Assembly (NCBI GenBank): GCA_963702845.1
Contig: OY969763.1
Span: forward strand, 5,312,001 to 5,376,000
Length of the DNA: 64,000 bases
Source of the DNA: an uncultured Verrucomicrobiae bacterium
GTDB lineage: Bacteria > Verrucomicrobiota > Verrucomicrobiia > Limisphaerales > Palsa-1400
Reading direction: 5' to 3'
Shown: in pieces, positions 1 to 9,848 of the stretch
How the letters are laid out: each line of letters begins with the position of its first letter
Numbering within the stretch: position 1 is the stretch's first letter
Translations under genes and position numbers: made by a program
The notes under the pieces: model-generated
The model's database searches: none
What the model was told of the DNA's origin: nothing
Seen by the model: only the letters and a program-made list of their open reading frames with translations

Positions 1-3000
1 CCGATGAGCAAGGCATTTTGGCGTTCGGATTGCAGGGCTTCGCGGCTGGCATCAACCACATCGAGGTAATTGACAATGCCGGAGCGGTAACGTTCAGTTG
101 CCAGTTCAACGGCGCGATTGGCGTTTTTGACCGCGCGTTCCTGGGCTTCCGATTGCTGGGCTAAAAAGTGAAGGCCACTCAAGCTGTTCTCCACATCGCC
201 GAACGCAACGAGGATGCGTTGGCGGTAGTTAGCGATCGCTTCCTGATAAACAGCTTTCGAACGTTGCAAGTTCGCGCGATTGCGGCCACCGGCAAAAATC
301 GGCAGCGAAATGCTCGGACCGATCGACCACGTGTGGCTGTCCCAATTGAACAGCGTATTGATATCGCCGCTGAGAAAACCACCGGAGGAGGTCAGCGTGA
401 TGACAGGAAAAAATGCAGCTTTCGCAACGCCGATGCGAGCATTGGCGGAAGCGAGAGCGCGTTCGGCTTCGGAAACGTCGGGACGACGTTCCAAAAGTTC
501 TCCTGGCAACCCGGCGGGAATCGTGGGCGGAATCGGATGCCATTTGGGATCATTCAACGTCGCGATTTTGAAATTGGACGGATTCGAACCGCTCAAAATC
601 GCGATCGCATTCTCCAGTTCCGCGCGACGTTTCGCGATCGCTGCGTAGTCAGCTTCAGTGGTTGCCAACTCAGTCTCTGCACGCGAGACGTCGAGTTCAT
701 TGCCGATGCCGCCTTCAAAACGGCTCCGCACGAGTCGCACCTGCTCTTTACGCAAATCGACGGTGCCGCCAACGGTCGCCATCTCCGCATCGAGCGCGCG
801 CAGCGTGAAATAATTTTCCGCTACGTCGGATTCGAGCGTGAGCATCACGTTGTAATAGTTCGCGAGCGCAGATTGCGCATCCGCGCGTGAGCTTTCAAAG
901 CCACGGCGGACGCGTCCCCACAAATCGATTTCGTAACTCAGGTCGAGCGGCGTACTGAACGTATTTGCAGTGATCGCGCCAAAGCTTGGGTCTGCGTTGG
1001 GCGAATAACGTTGGCGGTTCCAACTGGGGTCCAGTGATAACGTCGGCATCAAATCGCCGCGAGCCACACGCGCGGTCGCGCGGGACTGGTCAACACGAGA
1101 CACAGCTGCACGCAGTTGTTGGTTCGCGCCGAGCGCTTTCGATTCGAGTTCGTTCAGCTTCGTATCGCCGAACACTTCCCACCAGTTACCTTTCGGCACC
1201 GTGTCGAGCGGTTGGCCTTGTTTCCAGGAACCAAGTTCTTCTGCTTTATAAGCCTGCGGCGCGGGTGTAGCCGGTTTTTTGTAATCAGGACCGACTTTGA
1301 ACCAGCCCGCGTGGGCTGACGAACTGGAGAGCATCAACGCGATGATCGCGATACCTGTCGCCGCAGCCGCGCCACCGAGAATCGGTTTGTGCGCAGGTTT
1401 GTGCGACCAGCCGAGCTTCATCAACACGACATAAAACACCGGCGTTAGGAACAGGCCGAACAACGTCACGCCAATCATTCCTGAGAATACGGCGACGCCC
1501 ATGGCCTGGCGCATTTCAGCACCGGCTCCGCGCGCGACGACGAGCGGGAATACACCCGCGATAAACGCAATGGACGTCATCAAGATCGGGCGCAAACGCA
1601 AACGGCACGCTTCGATGGCCGCATCAAATGGCGTCATGCCGTGGTCTTGTTTTTGTTTCGCAAATTCGACGATCAAAATCGCGTTCTTACACGCTAGTCC
1701 GACGAGCACGATCAAACCGATCTGCGTGAAAATGTTGTTATCACTGCCTTTGAGCCACACGCCCGCAATCGCGAACAGCAAGCACATCGGCACTATCAGG
1801 ATGATCGCGAGCGGAAGTCGCAAGCTTTCGAACTGCGCCGCGAGCACGAGGAACACCAGCAGGAGACAAAGCGGATATATATAGATCGCCGTGTTGCCCG
1901 CGAGGATTCGTTGATAGGTCAAATCCGTCCATTCGTATTGCAGCCCTTTCGGCAATTTGTCGTCCATGATTTTGCTCATGATCGCTTCGGCCTGTCCGGA
2001 ACTGTAACCGGGCGCGGGTCCGCCGTTCAGTTCGGCTGCGGGATAGCCGTTGTAACGCGTGGCCCGATCAGGACCGTGCGTTTCGTTCACGCGCACGAGC
2101 GTCCCCAACGGAACCATCTGGCCTTTTTCATTGCGGGTTTTCAGGCGCGTGATTGCTTCGGGATGTTCGCGATATTGTGAGTCCGCTTGCGCAATCACTT
2201 GATAGGTGCGGCCGAAACGATTGAAGTCATTCACGTAGAGCGATCCCAAATAGATCTGCATCGTGTCGAAAATATTCTGCAGCGGCACGCCTTGTTGTTT
2301 CGCTTTCACGCGGTCCACATCCGCATCGAGCTGCGGAACGTTGACGGTGTAAGTCGAGAACGTTCCGGCAAGTCCAGGCGTCTGATAACTTTGCCCAACG
2401 ATTTGTTGGATTGTTCCAAACAGCGCGTCGCTCCCGAGATCTGCGCGGTCTTCAATGAACAATTTAAATCCACCAATCGCGCCAATGCCCATGACAGGCG
2501 GCGGCATGACGGAGAGCACGAACGCTTCCTGGATGCTGCTGAATTTTTGGTTGAGCGCGGCCGAGATCGCCGGGCCGCTCAAGTTTTCCGTTGTTCGGTC
2601 ATCAAACGGTTTCAAACAGAAGAATACGATGCCCGCATTCGGAGCGACGCTGAATCCGCTGATGCTCAAGCCAGGGAAAGCAACGGCGCTTTCCACGCCG
2701 GGCGTTTGCAGACCAAGATCTGACATGCGACGAATGACGGCTTCAGTGCGATCCAGCGATGAACCGTCAGGCAATTGCGCGAACGCGACGAGGTATTGCT
2801 TGTCCTGTGTTGGCACAAAACCGGTCGGAACTTTGTTGAAGCTCCAGCCAGTGAGCACAACGAGCCCCGCGTAAACGACGAGCGCGATAGCACTTTTGCG
2901 GAGGACACTGCCCACGCCGGCAGAATATTTATCGCCAGCCCATGCAAACACTTTGTTGAACGGGCGGAAGAACCAACCAAGCACGCGGTCCATGACGCGA

Positions 3001-4529
3001 CCAAACCAATCTTTCGGTGCGTTGTGGTCCTTAAGCAACACTGCGCACAACGCCGGCGAAAGCGTCAGCGAATTGAAAGCGGAAATGACTGTCGAAATCG
3101 CGATCGTGATTGCGAACTGCTTATAGAATTGGCCGGTTAAACCGTTGATGAACGCCGTCGGCACGAATACCGCGCACAAAACCAGCGCCGTCGCGATAAT
3201 TGGATTCGTTACTTCGCTCATCGCGCGTTTAGCTGCATCAGTGGGCGACAACCCAAGCGCGATATTGCGCTCCACGTTTTCGACGACAACGATGGCGTCA
3301 TCGACGACAATACCAATCGCCAACACCAATCCGAACAACGTCAGGTTGTTGATCGAGAAACCAAGCCCGAGCATCACGGCGAACGTTCCAACCAGTGACA
3401 CCGGCACAGCAGCAAGCGGAATGAGCGACGCGCGCCACGTCTGCAAAAAGAGAATCACGACTAGAACAACCAGCAGCGTCGCCTCGAGCAATGTGTGGAC
3501 GACGGCCTCGATTGAGTGCCGCACGAATACAGTCGGGTCGTAAACGACGGCGTAGTCGATGCCATCAGGAAAGCCCTTCTTCAACTCGTCCATTTTCGTG
3601 CGGACATCTTCCGAGAGCTGAAGCGCGTTGGCGCCCGGCGTTTGGAAAATGGGCAACGCTACGGCGGACTTGTTGTTCAACAACGACCGCAATGCGTAAC
3701 TGCCCGCGCTCATCTCGACACGCGCCACATCCTTGAGCACCGTCTTCTCGCCGTTCGGACCGGTCTTGACGATGATTTGTCCAAATTCCTCAGGCGTAAT
3801 CAAACGGCCTTTGGTGTTGATCTGATATTCGAAATTCACCGGATTGCCGACCGGCTGTTGGCCGATCGCACCAGCGGCGACTTGCACGTTCTGCTCGCGA
3901 ATCGCGTTCACCACGTCGCTCGCCGTCAAATTGCGCGACGCGACTTTGTCCGGATTGAGCCACACGCGCATGGCGTAGTCACCAGACCCGAACACTTCCA
4001 CGTCACCCGCGCCAGGAATACGCGCAAGCGAGTCTTTCACCTGCAACGTCGCATAATTGCGCAGGTAAACTTCGTCGTAGCGTCCATTCGGCGAGAACAA
4101 ATGCACAACCATTGTCAGGTCGGGCGATTGTTTGAGCGTGGTCACACCAAGCCGGCGAACTTCTTCCGGCAACTTAGGCAACGATTGCGAGACGCGGTTC
4201 TGCACCTGCACCTGCGCTTTGTCGATGTCGGTGCCGAGTTTGAACGTGATGGTCAACGTCATCACGCCATCGCCCGTCGCCTGCGAATACATATAGAGCG
4301 AGTCCTCAACGCCGTTGATTTCCTGCTCCAATGGTGAGGCGACTGTTTCCGAAATTGTTTTCGGATTTGCGCCCGGATACATCGCGCGCACGACAATCGT
4401 CGGCGGCACAATTTCGGGATATTCACTGATCGGCAATCGCTTCACCGCGATCAAGCCGACCACGAAAATTAAAATCGACAACACACCGGCAAAGATCGGT
4501 CGTCGAATAAAGAAATGAGAAAAATTCAT
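1..4529 (-). CDS. HAE1-family RND efflux permease (MexF/OqxB-like) fused in frame to a NodT/OprM-type outer membrane factor; partial, runs off the left edge
   Basis: Hand translation from ATG 4529: MNFSHFFIRRPIFAGVLS..., VVDDAIVVVENVER, ACKNAILIVEFA, GLFLTPVFYVV. It then continues in the same frame to GWFKVGPDYKKP...NWWEVFGD...SYEIDLWGRVRR...RYRSGIVNYLDVVDA. Its absence from the ORF track fits the lack of an in-frame stop before position 1. Confidence 0.9.
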   Translation of the reverse strand, partial: MNFSHFFIRRPIFAGVLSILIFVVGLIAVKRLPISEYPEIVPPTIVVRAMYPGANPKTISETVASPLEQEINGVEDSLYMYSQATGDGVMTLTITFKLGTDIDKAQVQVQNRVSQSLPKLPEEVRRLGVTTLKQSPDLTMVVHLFSPNGRYDEVYLRNYATLQVKDSLARIPGAGDVEVFGSGDYAMRVWLNPDKVASRNLTASDVVNAIREQNVQVAAGAIGQQPVGNPVNFEYQINTKGRLITPEEFGQIIVKTGPNGEKTVLKDVARVEMSAGSYALRSLLNNKSAVALPIFQTPGANALQLSEDVRTKMDELKKGFPDGIDYAVVYDPTVFVRHSIEAVVHTLLEATLLVVLVVILFLQTWRASLIPLAAVPVSLVGTFAVMLGLGFSINNLTLFGLVLAIGIVVDDAIVVVENVERNIALGLSPTDAAKRAMSEVTNPIIATALVLCAVFVPTAFINGLTGQFYKQFAITIAISTVISAFNSLTLSPALCAVLLKDHNAPKDWFGRVMDRVLGWFFRPFNKVFAWAGDKYSAGVGSVLRKSAIALVVYAGLVVLTGWSFNKVPTGFVPTQDKQYLVAFAQLPDGSSLDRTEAVIRRMSDLGLQTPGVESAVAFPGLSISGFSVAPNAGIVFFCLKPFDDRTTENLSGPAISAALNQKFSSIQEAFVLSVMPPPVMGIGAIGGFKLFIEDRADLGSDALFGTIQQIVGQSYQTPGLAGTFSTYTVNVPQLDADVDRVKAKQQGVPLQNIFDTMQIYLGSLYVNDFNRFGRTYQVIAQADSQYREHPEAITRLKTRNEKGQMVPLGTLVRVNETHGPDRATRYNGYPAAELNGGPAPGYSSGQAEAIMSKIMDDKLPKGLQYEWTDLTYQRILAGNTAIYIYPLCLLLVFLVLAAQFESLRLPLAIILIVPMCLLFAIAGVWLKGSDNNIFTQIGLIVLVGLACKNAILIVEFAKQKQDHGMTPFDAAIEACRLRLRPILMTSIAFIAGVFPLVVARGAGAEMRQAMGVAVFSGMIGVTLFGLFLTPVFYVVLMKLGWSHKPAHKPILGGAAAATGIAIIALMLSSSSAHAGWFKVGPDYKKPATPAPQAYKAEELGSWKQGQPLDTVPKGNWWEVFGDTKLNELESKALGANQQLRAAVSRVDQSRATARVARGDLMPTLSLDPSWNRQRYSPNADPSFGAITANTFSTPLDLSYEIDLWGRVRRGFESSRADAQSALANYYNVMLTLESDVAENYFTLRALDAEMATVGGTVDLRKEQVRLVRSRFEGGIGNELDVSRAETELATTEADYAAIAKRRAELENAIAILSGSNPSNFKIATLNDPKWHPIPPTIPAGLPGELLERRPDVSEAERALASANARIGVAKAAFFPVITLTSSGGFLSGDINTLFNWDSHTWSIGPSISLPIFAGGRNRANLQRSKAVYQEAIANYRQRILVAFGDVENSLSGLHFLAQQSEAQERAVKNANRAVELATERYRSGIVNYLDVVDASREALQSERQNALLI

Positions 4530-4566
4530 GGGGTATTCAAAATCGAAGCCGAAGCTTCGGTCGTCG

Positions 4567-5745
4567 TTAGTTTCGTTTCGCGACTTTGGTTGCGTCGGTG
4601 GATTCCGCGACCTGTTCCTGCGGCGACACCGGCATGCCGGGACGCACACGTTGCAGGCCGTTTACGACGATCTTTTCGCCCGGCTGCAAACCGGCGCGAA
4701 TAACGCGCATGCCGTTGATGACTGGACCAAGCTTCACCGCGCTATAAGCAACAGTGTTCGATGGCGTCAGTGTCAGCACGTATTTCTGCGCCTGATCGGT
4801 GCCGATCGCCCGTTCGCTCACGAGCACCGCTGGATGTTTTTCGCTCAACGGCACACGAATGCGCGCAAACAATCCGGGCACAATCCGACCGTCCGCATTA
4901 TCAAACACCGCGCGCAGCAAAATGCTTCCGGTATTCGGATCGAGTTTGTTATCGAATGATTCGATATGGCCGCGATGCGCGAAACCGTCCTCGTCGCCTA
5001 ATTGCAGTTCGACCGGCACTTTGCCGTCGGCATCTAAATCGAGTTTTTTGGTCACCGCGAGGGTGTTGTATTTGAGCAATGTAGCTTCATCGACGTCCAC
5101 GTAGACGTAAACCGGGCTGACCGACACAATGGTGGTGAGCATGGTCGATGCGCCCGCGATGCCGCTGACGTAATTACCTTCCGTCAACAACGCGCGGCTG
5201 ACACGGCCATCGATCGGCGCACGAACCTGCGTGTAATCAAGGTCGAGTTTCGCGAAATCACGCGACGCTTCGGCCGAAAGCAACGCCGCTTTGGCCCCAT
5301 TGAAGCGAGCAATCCGAGCATCGGATTCTTCGGTTGAAATCGCCTTATTCTCGAGCAGTTGCGCACTGCGATCGGCTTCGCGTTTCGAATTTTCAAACTG
5401 CACTTTGGCGCGTTCGGCGTCGGCGGCGAGTTTGTCAAATTCGGCCTGGTGCCAACGCGGATCGATCACGAACAACGCGTCGCCTTTTTTAACCAACTGC
5501 CCGGACTGAAAACGGACTTCCTGGATATAGCCGGAAACGCGCGGCCGCACTTCAACGGAGCTCACCGGCTCAGTGCGTCCGGTGAATTCGTCCCATTCGA
5601 CGACTTCCTGTTGTTGAACTGGCGCGATCGTGACCGCTGGGGCCGGCATTTGTTGTTGTTGCGGCGCATGCTGGTTGCAACCTGTGACAACCGCGGCGAG
5701 TCCGCCGATGGCAATAGCTGTAGCGAGTATGAACTTTTGTTTCAT
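4567..5745 (-). CDS. RND efflux periplasmic adaptor (membrane fusion protein, MexE-like), lipoprotein
   Basis: Lipobox VVTGC; motifs VEVRPRVSGYI, VRAPIDGRVS, DPNTGSILLRA; lies directly upstream of the RND permease. Confidence 0.95.
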   Translation of the reverse strand: MKQKFILATAIAIGGLAAVVTGCNQHAPQQQQMPAPAVTIAPVQQQEVVEWDEFTGRTEPVSSVEVRPRVSGYIQEVRFQSGQLVKKGDALFVIDPRWHQAEFDKLAADAERAKVQFENSKREADRSAQLLENKAISTEESDARIARFNGAKAALLSAEASRDFAKLDLDYTQVRAPIDGRVSRALLTEGNYVSGIAGASTMLTTIVSVSPVYVYVDVDEATLLKYNTLAVTKKLDLDADGKVPVELQLGDEDGFAHRGHIESFDNKLDPNTGSILLRAVFDNADGRIVPGLFARIRVPLSEKHPAVLVSERAIGTDQAQKYVLTLTPSNTVAYSAVKLGPVINGMRVIRAGLQPGEKIVVNGLQRVRPGMPVSPQEQVAESTDATKVAKRN

Positions 5746-5763
5746 GTGGTTTATAAAAATCAG

Positions 5764-6090
5764 TTAGTCGCGCGCAAAAACGTTGCGGCGTGCGTTGTTA
5801 CGGACCTGCCGCTGGTGGGCCGCCCAATTCGCGACCGAGGTCGCTTTCTCTTGTGCGAGCGTGGGGAATACGAGATATGGAAATTCCGTATCCCATGCGA
5901 TTGCTTCGGCTTCATTGACGGCCAATTGCAGCATGTGTTCGCGTCCTTTCAAGGCAGCGCTGAACTCCGCGATGACGTTGGCCTTGGCCTGTTCGATGCG
6001 GCCTAACAGTTTCTTGCACGCCGCAATGCAAATTTTGGTGAACCCACCTGTTTTCGAGGTTGTAGTTCTCGTCTGATATGTCGTTTTCAT
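5764..6090 (-). CDS. Small hypothetical protein inside the efflux operon
   Basis: 108-aa ORF filling the gap between the TetR and MFP genes on the same strand; helical, LQLAVNEAEAIAW...FPYLVFP. Confidence 0.7.
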   Translation of the reverse strand: MKTTYQTRTTTSKTGGFTKICIAACKKLLGRIEQAKANVIAEFSAALKGREHMLQLAVNEAEAIAWDTEFPYLVFPTLAQEKATSVANWAAHQRQVRNNARRNVFARD

Positions 6091-6145
6091 GAGATTTCTT
6101 TCTTCTAGTAGTCGCCTGTTTAGTCAACTAAGTCGTCAAAATTTT

Positions 6146-6760
6146 TTAAGCCGCCGCCATCGTCGCGCTCTTTACGCCGAGCAACGCCGAAATCCCGCTA
6201 AACCCGTCGCGCAGAACCTCCACCGTGTTCTGAATCCGTGCCTGGGTCATTAAGCCGTGCAGATATATCTGCAACATCCGTGCTTTCGCGTCCGCATCGG
6301 GCGCATCAATCAATCCTTCCGCATGCGCGTCGCGGATTGCTGACTCCAAATACTTCCGCTGTTGATCAAAAATCTGTTCAATCCGCTCGCGCAGTTTCTG
6401 CTCCTGCGTGCTGACTTCCGAACCCAACGTGCAGAGCGGACACCCTAGCACGGACCCGTATTTCGCCTGCATTTCAATCTGCTTTTGGTAACCGAACTCG
6501 CAATACTTGCGGATTCGGTCCAGAGGCGGGACGGTAGCTGAAAAGATTTTGTCCATCTCCACCTGTTTTTTTCCACAGCCTACATCGAGAGCGGCGACGG
6601 CCAGATCAGCCTTTGATTCGAAAAAATAATAGAAGCTGCCCTTCTTCACCTCGGCTTTATCACAAATCTGATCGATCGTGGTGCTGCCGTAGGATCCGGT
6701 CCAGATCAGTTCTAAAACCGCATCCATCAACTTCTCTTTAGCATCGCTAACTCGGCCCAT
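6146..6760 (-). CDS. TetR/AcrR family transcriptional regulator (NemR-like)
   Basis: N-terminal HTH TTIDQICDKAEVKKGSFYYFFESK; C-terminal GCPLCTLGSE. Confidence 0.95.
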   Translation of the reverse strand: MGRVSDAKEKLMDAVLELIWTGSYGSTTIDQICDKAEVKKGSFYYFFESKADLAVAALDVGCGKKQVEMDKIFSATVPPLDRIRKYCEFGYQKQIEMQAKYGSVLGCPLCTLGSEVSTQEQKLRERIEQIFDQQRKYLESAIRDAHAEGLIDAPDADAKARMLQIYLHGLMTQARIQNTVEVLRDGFSGISALLGVKSATMAAA

Positions 6761-6778
6761 GAACGTAGTCTATGCAAT

Positions 6779-6794
6779 TTGACTAAAAGGTCAA
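6779..6794. promoter_or_regulatory. Putative TetR operator palindrome TTGACT-AAAA-GGTCAA
   Basis: Inverted repeat about 20 bp upstream of the TetR start, similar to NemR-type TAGACC-N4-GGTCTA operators. A related TTGACTAAA half-site is on the minus strand at 6119-6127. Confidence 0.55.
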
Positions 6795-6876
6795 CAATAA
6801 TTGTGTAAAAGAGGGCAGCTTTGCTGATCAGCAGACGGAACATGCGAGAAACGAACTGTTTACAACTCGAAAAATT

Positions 6877-8070
6877 TTATAATTCTTTCGAGAAAACCAT
6901 CGTAACGCCGTTGCGCGGCATTAACAGTTGGTCGTCGCCTTTGATGACCACTTCGGCGTTGTCGGGCTGATTCCCTGGTAGATTGATTGTGTAACCGTCG
7001 CCTTCTTTCTTCCATGTGCCGGTGCCGATCGCTTGCAAACCGTTCCCGGTATCTTTTTTGATGATGAAGTTATGGTCGGTGGTCACAGTGATATTCAGGC
7101 CGGCCATCATTGGCATGAGGCTGTTGCGGAGTTTGTTGATGTTCAGCGGTGTCGGGTTCTGTAATTTTCTTTTTTCCTGCGCGAACGTGGCGTCGCGGTC
7201 AATTTTCCAAAGGCCAAGAATGGACTGCGGATCGTATTTAGCCGAGTGGCCAGTCTTTAAATATTCGCTCAAGTCGTCGAGATCGCTGCTGACGAGTTGG
7301 GTGATTTCCTGCGTAATGGCCGTATTCGTAACGAGCGCCTGCACTTTCGCGTTCTTCAGGATATCACCAATGCTGGCCTGTGATTGTATCATCTGTTGAA
7401 GCTGAACGTCGTTCCCCAGCTCTTTGAATTCCGCTCGCTCGCCTAGAGTGAGAAAGGGCGGATAGTGCGCAAGACGGCTTTCGAGAAGCGGATTGTGTAT
7501 GACGAGCCCAACGATGTCGGCGGCCTGATAGGTTTGTTTCGGAGTCGGATCATAACCCGCGAGCACATGATCAAGTTTCATGCTGTGCATTTCCTCGCGC
7601 AGCTTGGTGATGTTTTGCACCGAACTTGGGTCCTGTGCGCCTTGCGCGACTTCGGTCGTGAAATAGCCCGCAATATAAACAGGTAACATCAACAGCAGGA
7701 AATAGACAGCGCCGTTCAAGAGGCCGAGGCACAAACCGACGCGCGAATACATCCGGCTCCAACGATAGTAAGCTTTGTCGTCCTTTTTGTATTTGTAGAA
7801 GATGCTCATTTTGCGGTGCAGAACATGGCCGAGGACTTTGAAGGCAAGCAGGATGATGAGGAACGCGATCAATGCCGGGACGAAAAGCTCCCATCCCGGA
7901 TGTTGAAGACCGAGGACAGGCAGGAGTTTTTTCGTGAGCGGCGACAGTGGCACAGCGAGGAGTGATCCGAAAACCAATCCGAGCAGCGAAGCGGCTACGC
8001 GAATCGGTCCCTGATAATATCCAATGGCGCCAACAATGCCCAGGCACAGCAATGCGATTATCCAAAGCAT
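6877..8070 (-). CDS. CvpA-family membrane protein with a large C-terminal soluble domain
   Basis: N-terminal hydrophobic helices with GYYQGPIR and SRVGLCLGLLNG (CvpA-like), followed by about 250 aa of hydrophilic sequence. Confidence 0.6.
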   Translation of the reverse strand: MLWIIALLCLGIVGAIGYYQGPIRVAASLLGLVFGSLLAVPLSPLTKKLLPVLGLQHPGWELFVPALIAFLIILLAFKVLGHVLHRKMSIFYKYKKDDKAYYRWSRMYSRVGLCLGLLNGAVYFLLLMLPVYIAGYFTTEVAQGAQDPSSVQNITKLREEMHSMKLDHVLAGYDPTPKQTYQAADIVGLVIHNPLLESRLAHYPPFLTLGERAEFKELGNDVQLQQMIQSQASIGDILKNAKVQALVTNTAITQEITQLVSSDLDDLSEYLKTGHSAKYDPQSILGLWKIDRDATFAQEKRKLQNPTPLNINKLRNSLMPMMAGLNITVTTDHNFIIKKDTGNGLQAIGTGTWKKEGDGYTINLPGNQPDNAEVVIKGDDQLLMPRNGVTMVFSKEL

Positions 8071-8119
8071 AAGATGGTTAAAGTAAAAGGCGCGTTGTCA
8101 AAAAGCACGCGGGAAAATG

Positions 8120-9775
8120 CTAAATGGGTTCCTCAGGGTTTTCCGCTATTTCCCCAACGGCAGGTTCGTCGGGCGATGTCGGCCTGCTGACCGATCGCGC
8201 CTGCAAGAACGTTTTCAACTCGGCCGCCGCTTTTCCGCCGAACCCGGGGACTTCCGCAATTTGCTCAACGGTGGCCAAGCGCAGGCGCTGCACCGACCCG
8301 AACTTTTTCAACAAGCGCGCTTTGCGTTGTTCGCCGATGCCGGGGAATTCGTCGAGGATGCTTTCGGAAATTTTCTTCAACCGCAGTTGCGCGTTGTAAG
8401 TGTTGGCGAAACGATGCGATTCATCGCGCACACGCTGCAAGAGTTTCAACGCGCCACAATCGTGGCTCAGCCGCAACGGCTCGCTTTGACCGGGCTGATA
8501 AATCTCCTCGAACTCCTTCGCCAAGCCAATGATCGGAATGTTTTGCAAACCGAGTTTCGCCAGTTCGGCGCAGGCCGCATTCAATTGCCCCTTGCCACCA
8601 TCAATGACAATCAGATCCGGAAATATTTTGCGAAGAGGCGCAGGCGCGGAGGCAATTGTCTTCTCCCTCTCCTCCTCGGGAGGAGGGGGCTGGGGAGAGG
8701 AGGCCTCGGCAGTGGAGACTTCACCCGGCTGTTGTTCGGTCGATTCCTTCAACAACCGCGAATACCGCCGGTGCACTGTCTCCGCCATGCACGCGAAGTC
8801 ATCCTGTCCAACCACTGTCTTCATCCGAAACCGCCGATAGTTCGACCGATCCGGTTTACCATCCCAAAAGCTAACCATCGACGCCACCGCAAACGTCCCA
8901 CTGATGTTCGAAATATCGAACCCTTCGATCCGCTCTGGATTCGCAGGCAGGTTCAACACTTTGGCGAGTTCAGCTACGTCACGATGCGGTTCGATTGCGA
9001 CTGGCAGCGTATAGGGCTGACGTTTGAAAGTGCGAATGCGCCCGGTCGTCTTTCGCAAGTCATTCAACGCATCCCGGTAATCGGCTGCTTTTTCGAAATC
9101 TTGAGCGCCAGCCGCCTTGCGCATCTGCGCCTCCAATTCCTGTTCCATTTCTTCGGTTTGGCCGGCGAGAAATTCACAGGCGGCCAGAACCTGTTGTTTG
9201 TAGGCTTCGAGTGGCACGTTGCCGATGCAGGGCGCAGTGCAATACTTGAGGTGACCGTAGAGACAATGTTTGTAGTCGTCCTCACCCGGCGTGAGCGGGC
9301 GACAGCCGCGCAAATTAAATTTGCGCCGTGCCAGCGTGAGCGTGTGGCGCGCGGCGGCTGAATGTGCGAACGGTCCAAAATATCGCGCCCCATCTTCCTG
9401 ACGCAAACGGGTCATCGTAAAGCGCGGAATCGGATCATTGAGATTCACCTTCAACAACAGGAATCGTTTATCGTCGCGAAAACTAATGTTATAGCGCGGC
9501 TGATATTCCTTAATCAGTTTGCCTTCGAGCAAAATGGCCTCGGGTTCGTTGCGGACGACGTGGACGTCGAAATCGTAAATCGAATCAACGAGCGCATTGA
9601 ACTTCAAGTCCCAACCCATACGCCGCGACGGCTGGAAATAGGTGCTGACACGCTTGCGCAAGTCGCGAGCTTTCCCGACGTAAATCACCGTCCCAAACCG
9701 ATCCTTCATCAGATAGATGCCCGGCTTGTGCGGCAGTTCACTGACTTTTTTGCGAATTAGGTCGGTCGCTGGCAC
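8120..9775 (-). CDS. uvrC: Excinuclease ABC subunit C
   Basis: GIY-YIG (PGIYLMKD...YVGKARDL), RIEGFDISN, IDGGKGQL, LQRVRDESHRFA, C-terminal HhH. GTG at 9775 is the likely start. Confidence 0.96.
   Translation of the reverse strand: MPATDLIRKKVSELPHKPGIYLMKDRFGTVIYVGKARDLRKRVSTYFQPSRRMGWDLKFNALVDSIYDFDVHVVRNEPEAILLEGKLIKEYQPRYNISFRDDKRFLLLKVNLNDPIPRFTMTRLRQEDGARYFGPFAHSAAARHTLTLARRKFNLRGCRPLTPGEDDYKHCLYGHLKYCTAPCIGNVPLEAYKQQVLAACEFLAGQTEEMEQELEAQMRKAAGAQDFEKAADYRDALNDLRKTTGRIRTFKRQPYTLPVAIEPHRDVAELAKVLNLPANPERIEGFDISNISGTFAVASMVSFWDGKPDRSNYRRFRMKTVVGQDDFACMAETVHRRYSRLLKESTEQQPGEVSTAEASSPQPPPPEEEREKTIASAPAPLRKIFPDLIVIDGGKGQLNAACAELAKLGLQNIPIIGLAKEFEEIYQPGQSEPLRLSHDCGALKLLQRVRDESHRFANTYNAQLRLKKISESILDEFPGIGEQRKARLLKKFGSVQRLRLATVEQIAEVPGFGGKAAAELKTFLQARSVSRPTSPDEPAVGEIAENPEEPI
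8663..8703. repeat. Purine/pyrimidine palindromic element embedded in uvrC
   Basis: CCCTCTCCTCC-TCG-GGAGGAGGGGG forms an 11-bp stem (one G-T pair), followed by GGGGAGAGG; it encodes SPQPPPPEEERE in a non-conserved loop. Confidence 0.55.
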
Positions 9776-9848
9776 GTTAAAATTTTCGCGCAAAGAAGGC
9801 GCGAGTTCAAACTTTCAACCACATTGGTCTTATGTGCAATCTTCGGTA

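Noticed and set aside
168..4337. Many plus-strand ORFs over the efflux locus
   Set aside because: Antisense shadows of the minus-strand RND-OMF gene, typical of GC-rich DNA, with no recognisable motifs.
6802..6810. Isolated DnaA-box-like TGTGTAAAA
   Set aside because: A single relaxed match in an AT-rich promoter with no cluster or trios; expected by chance.
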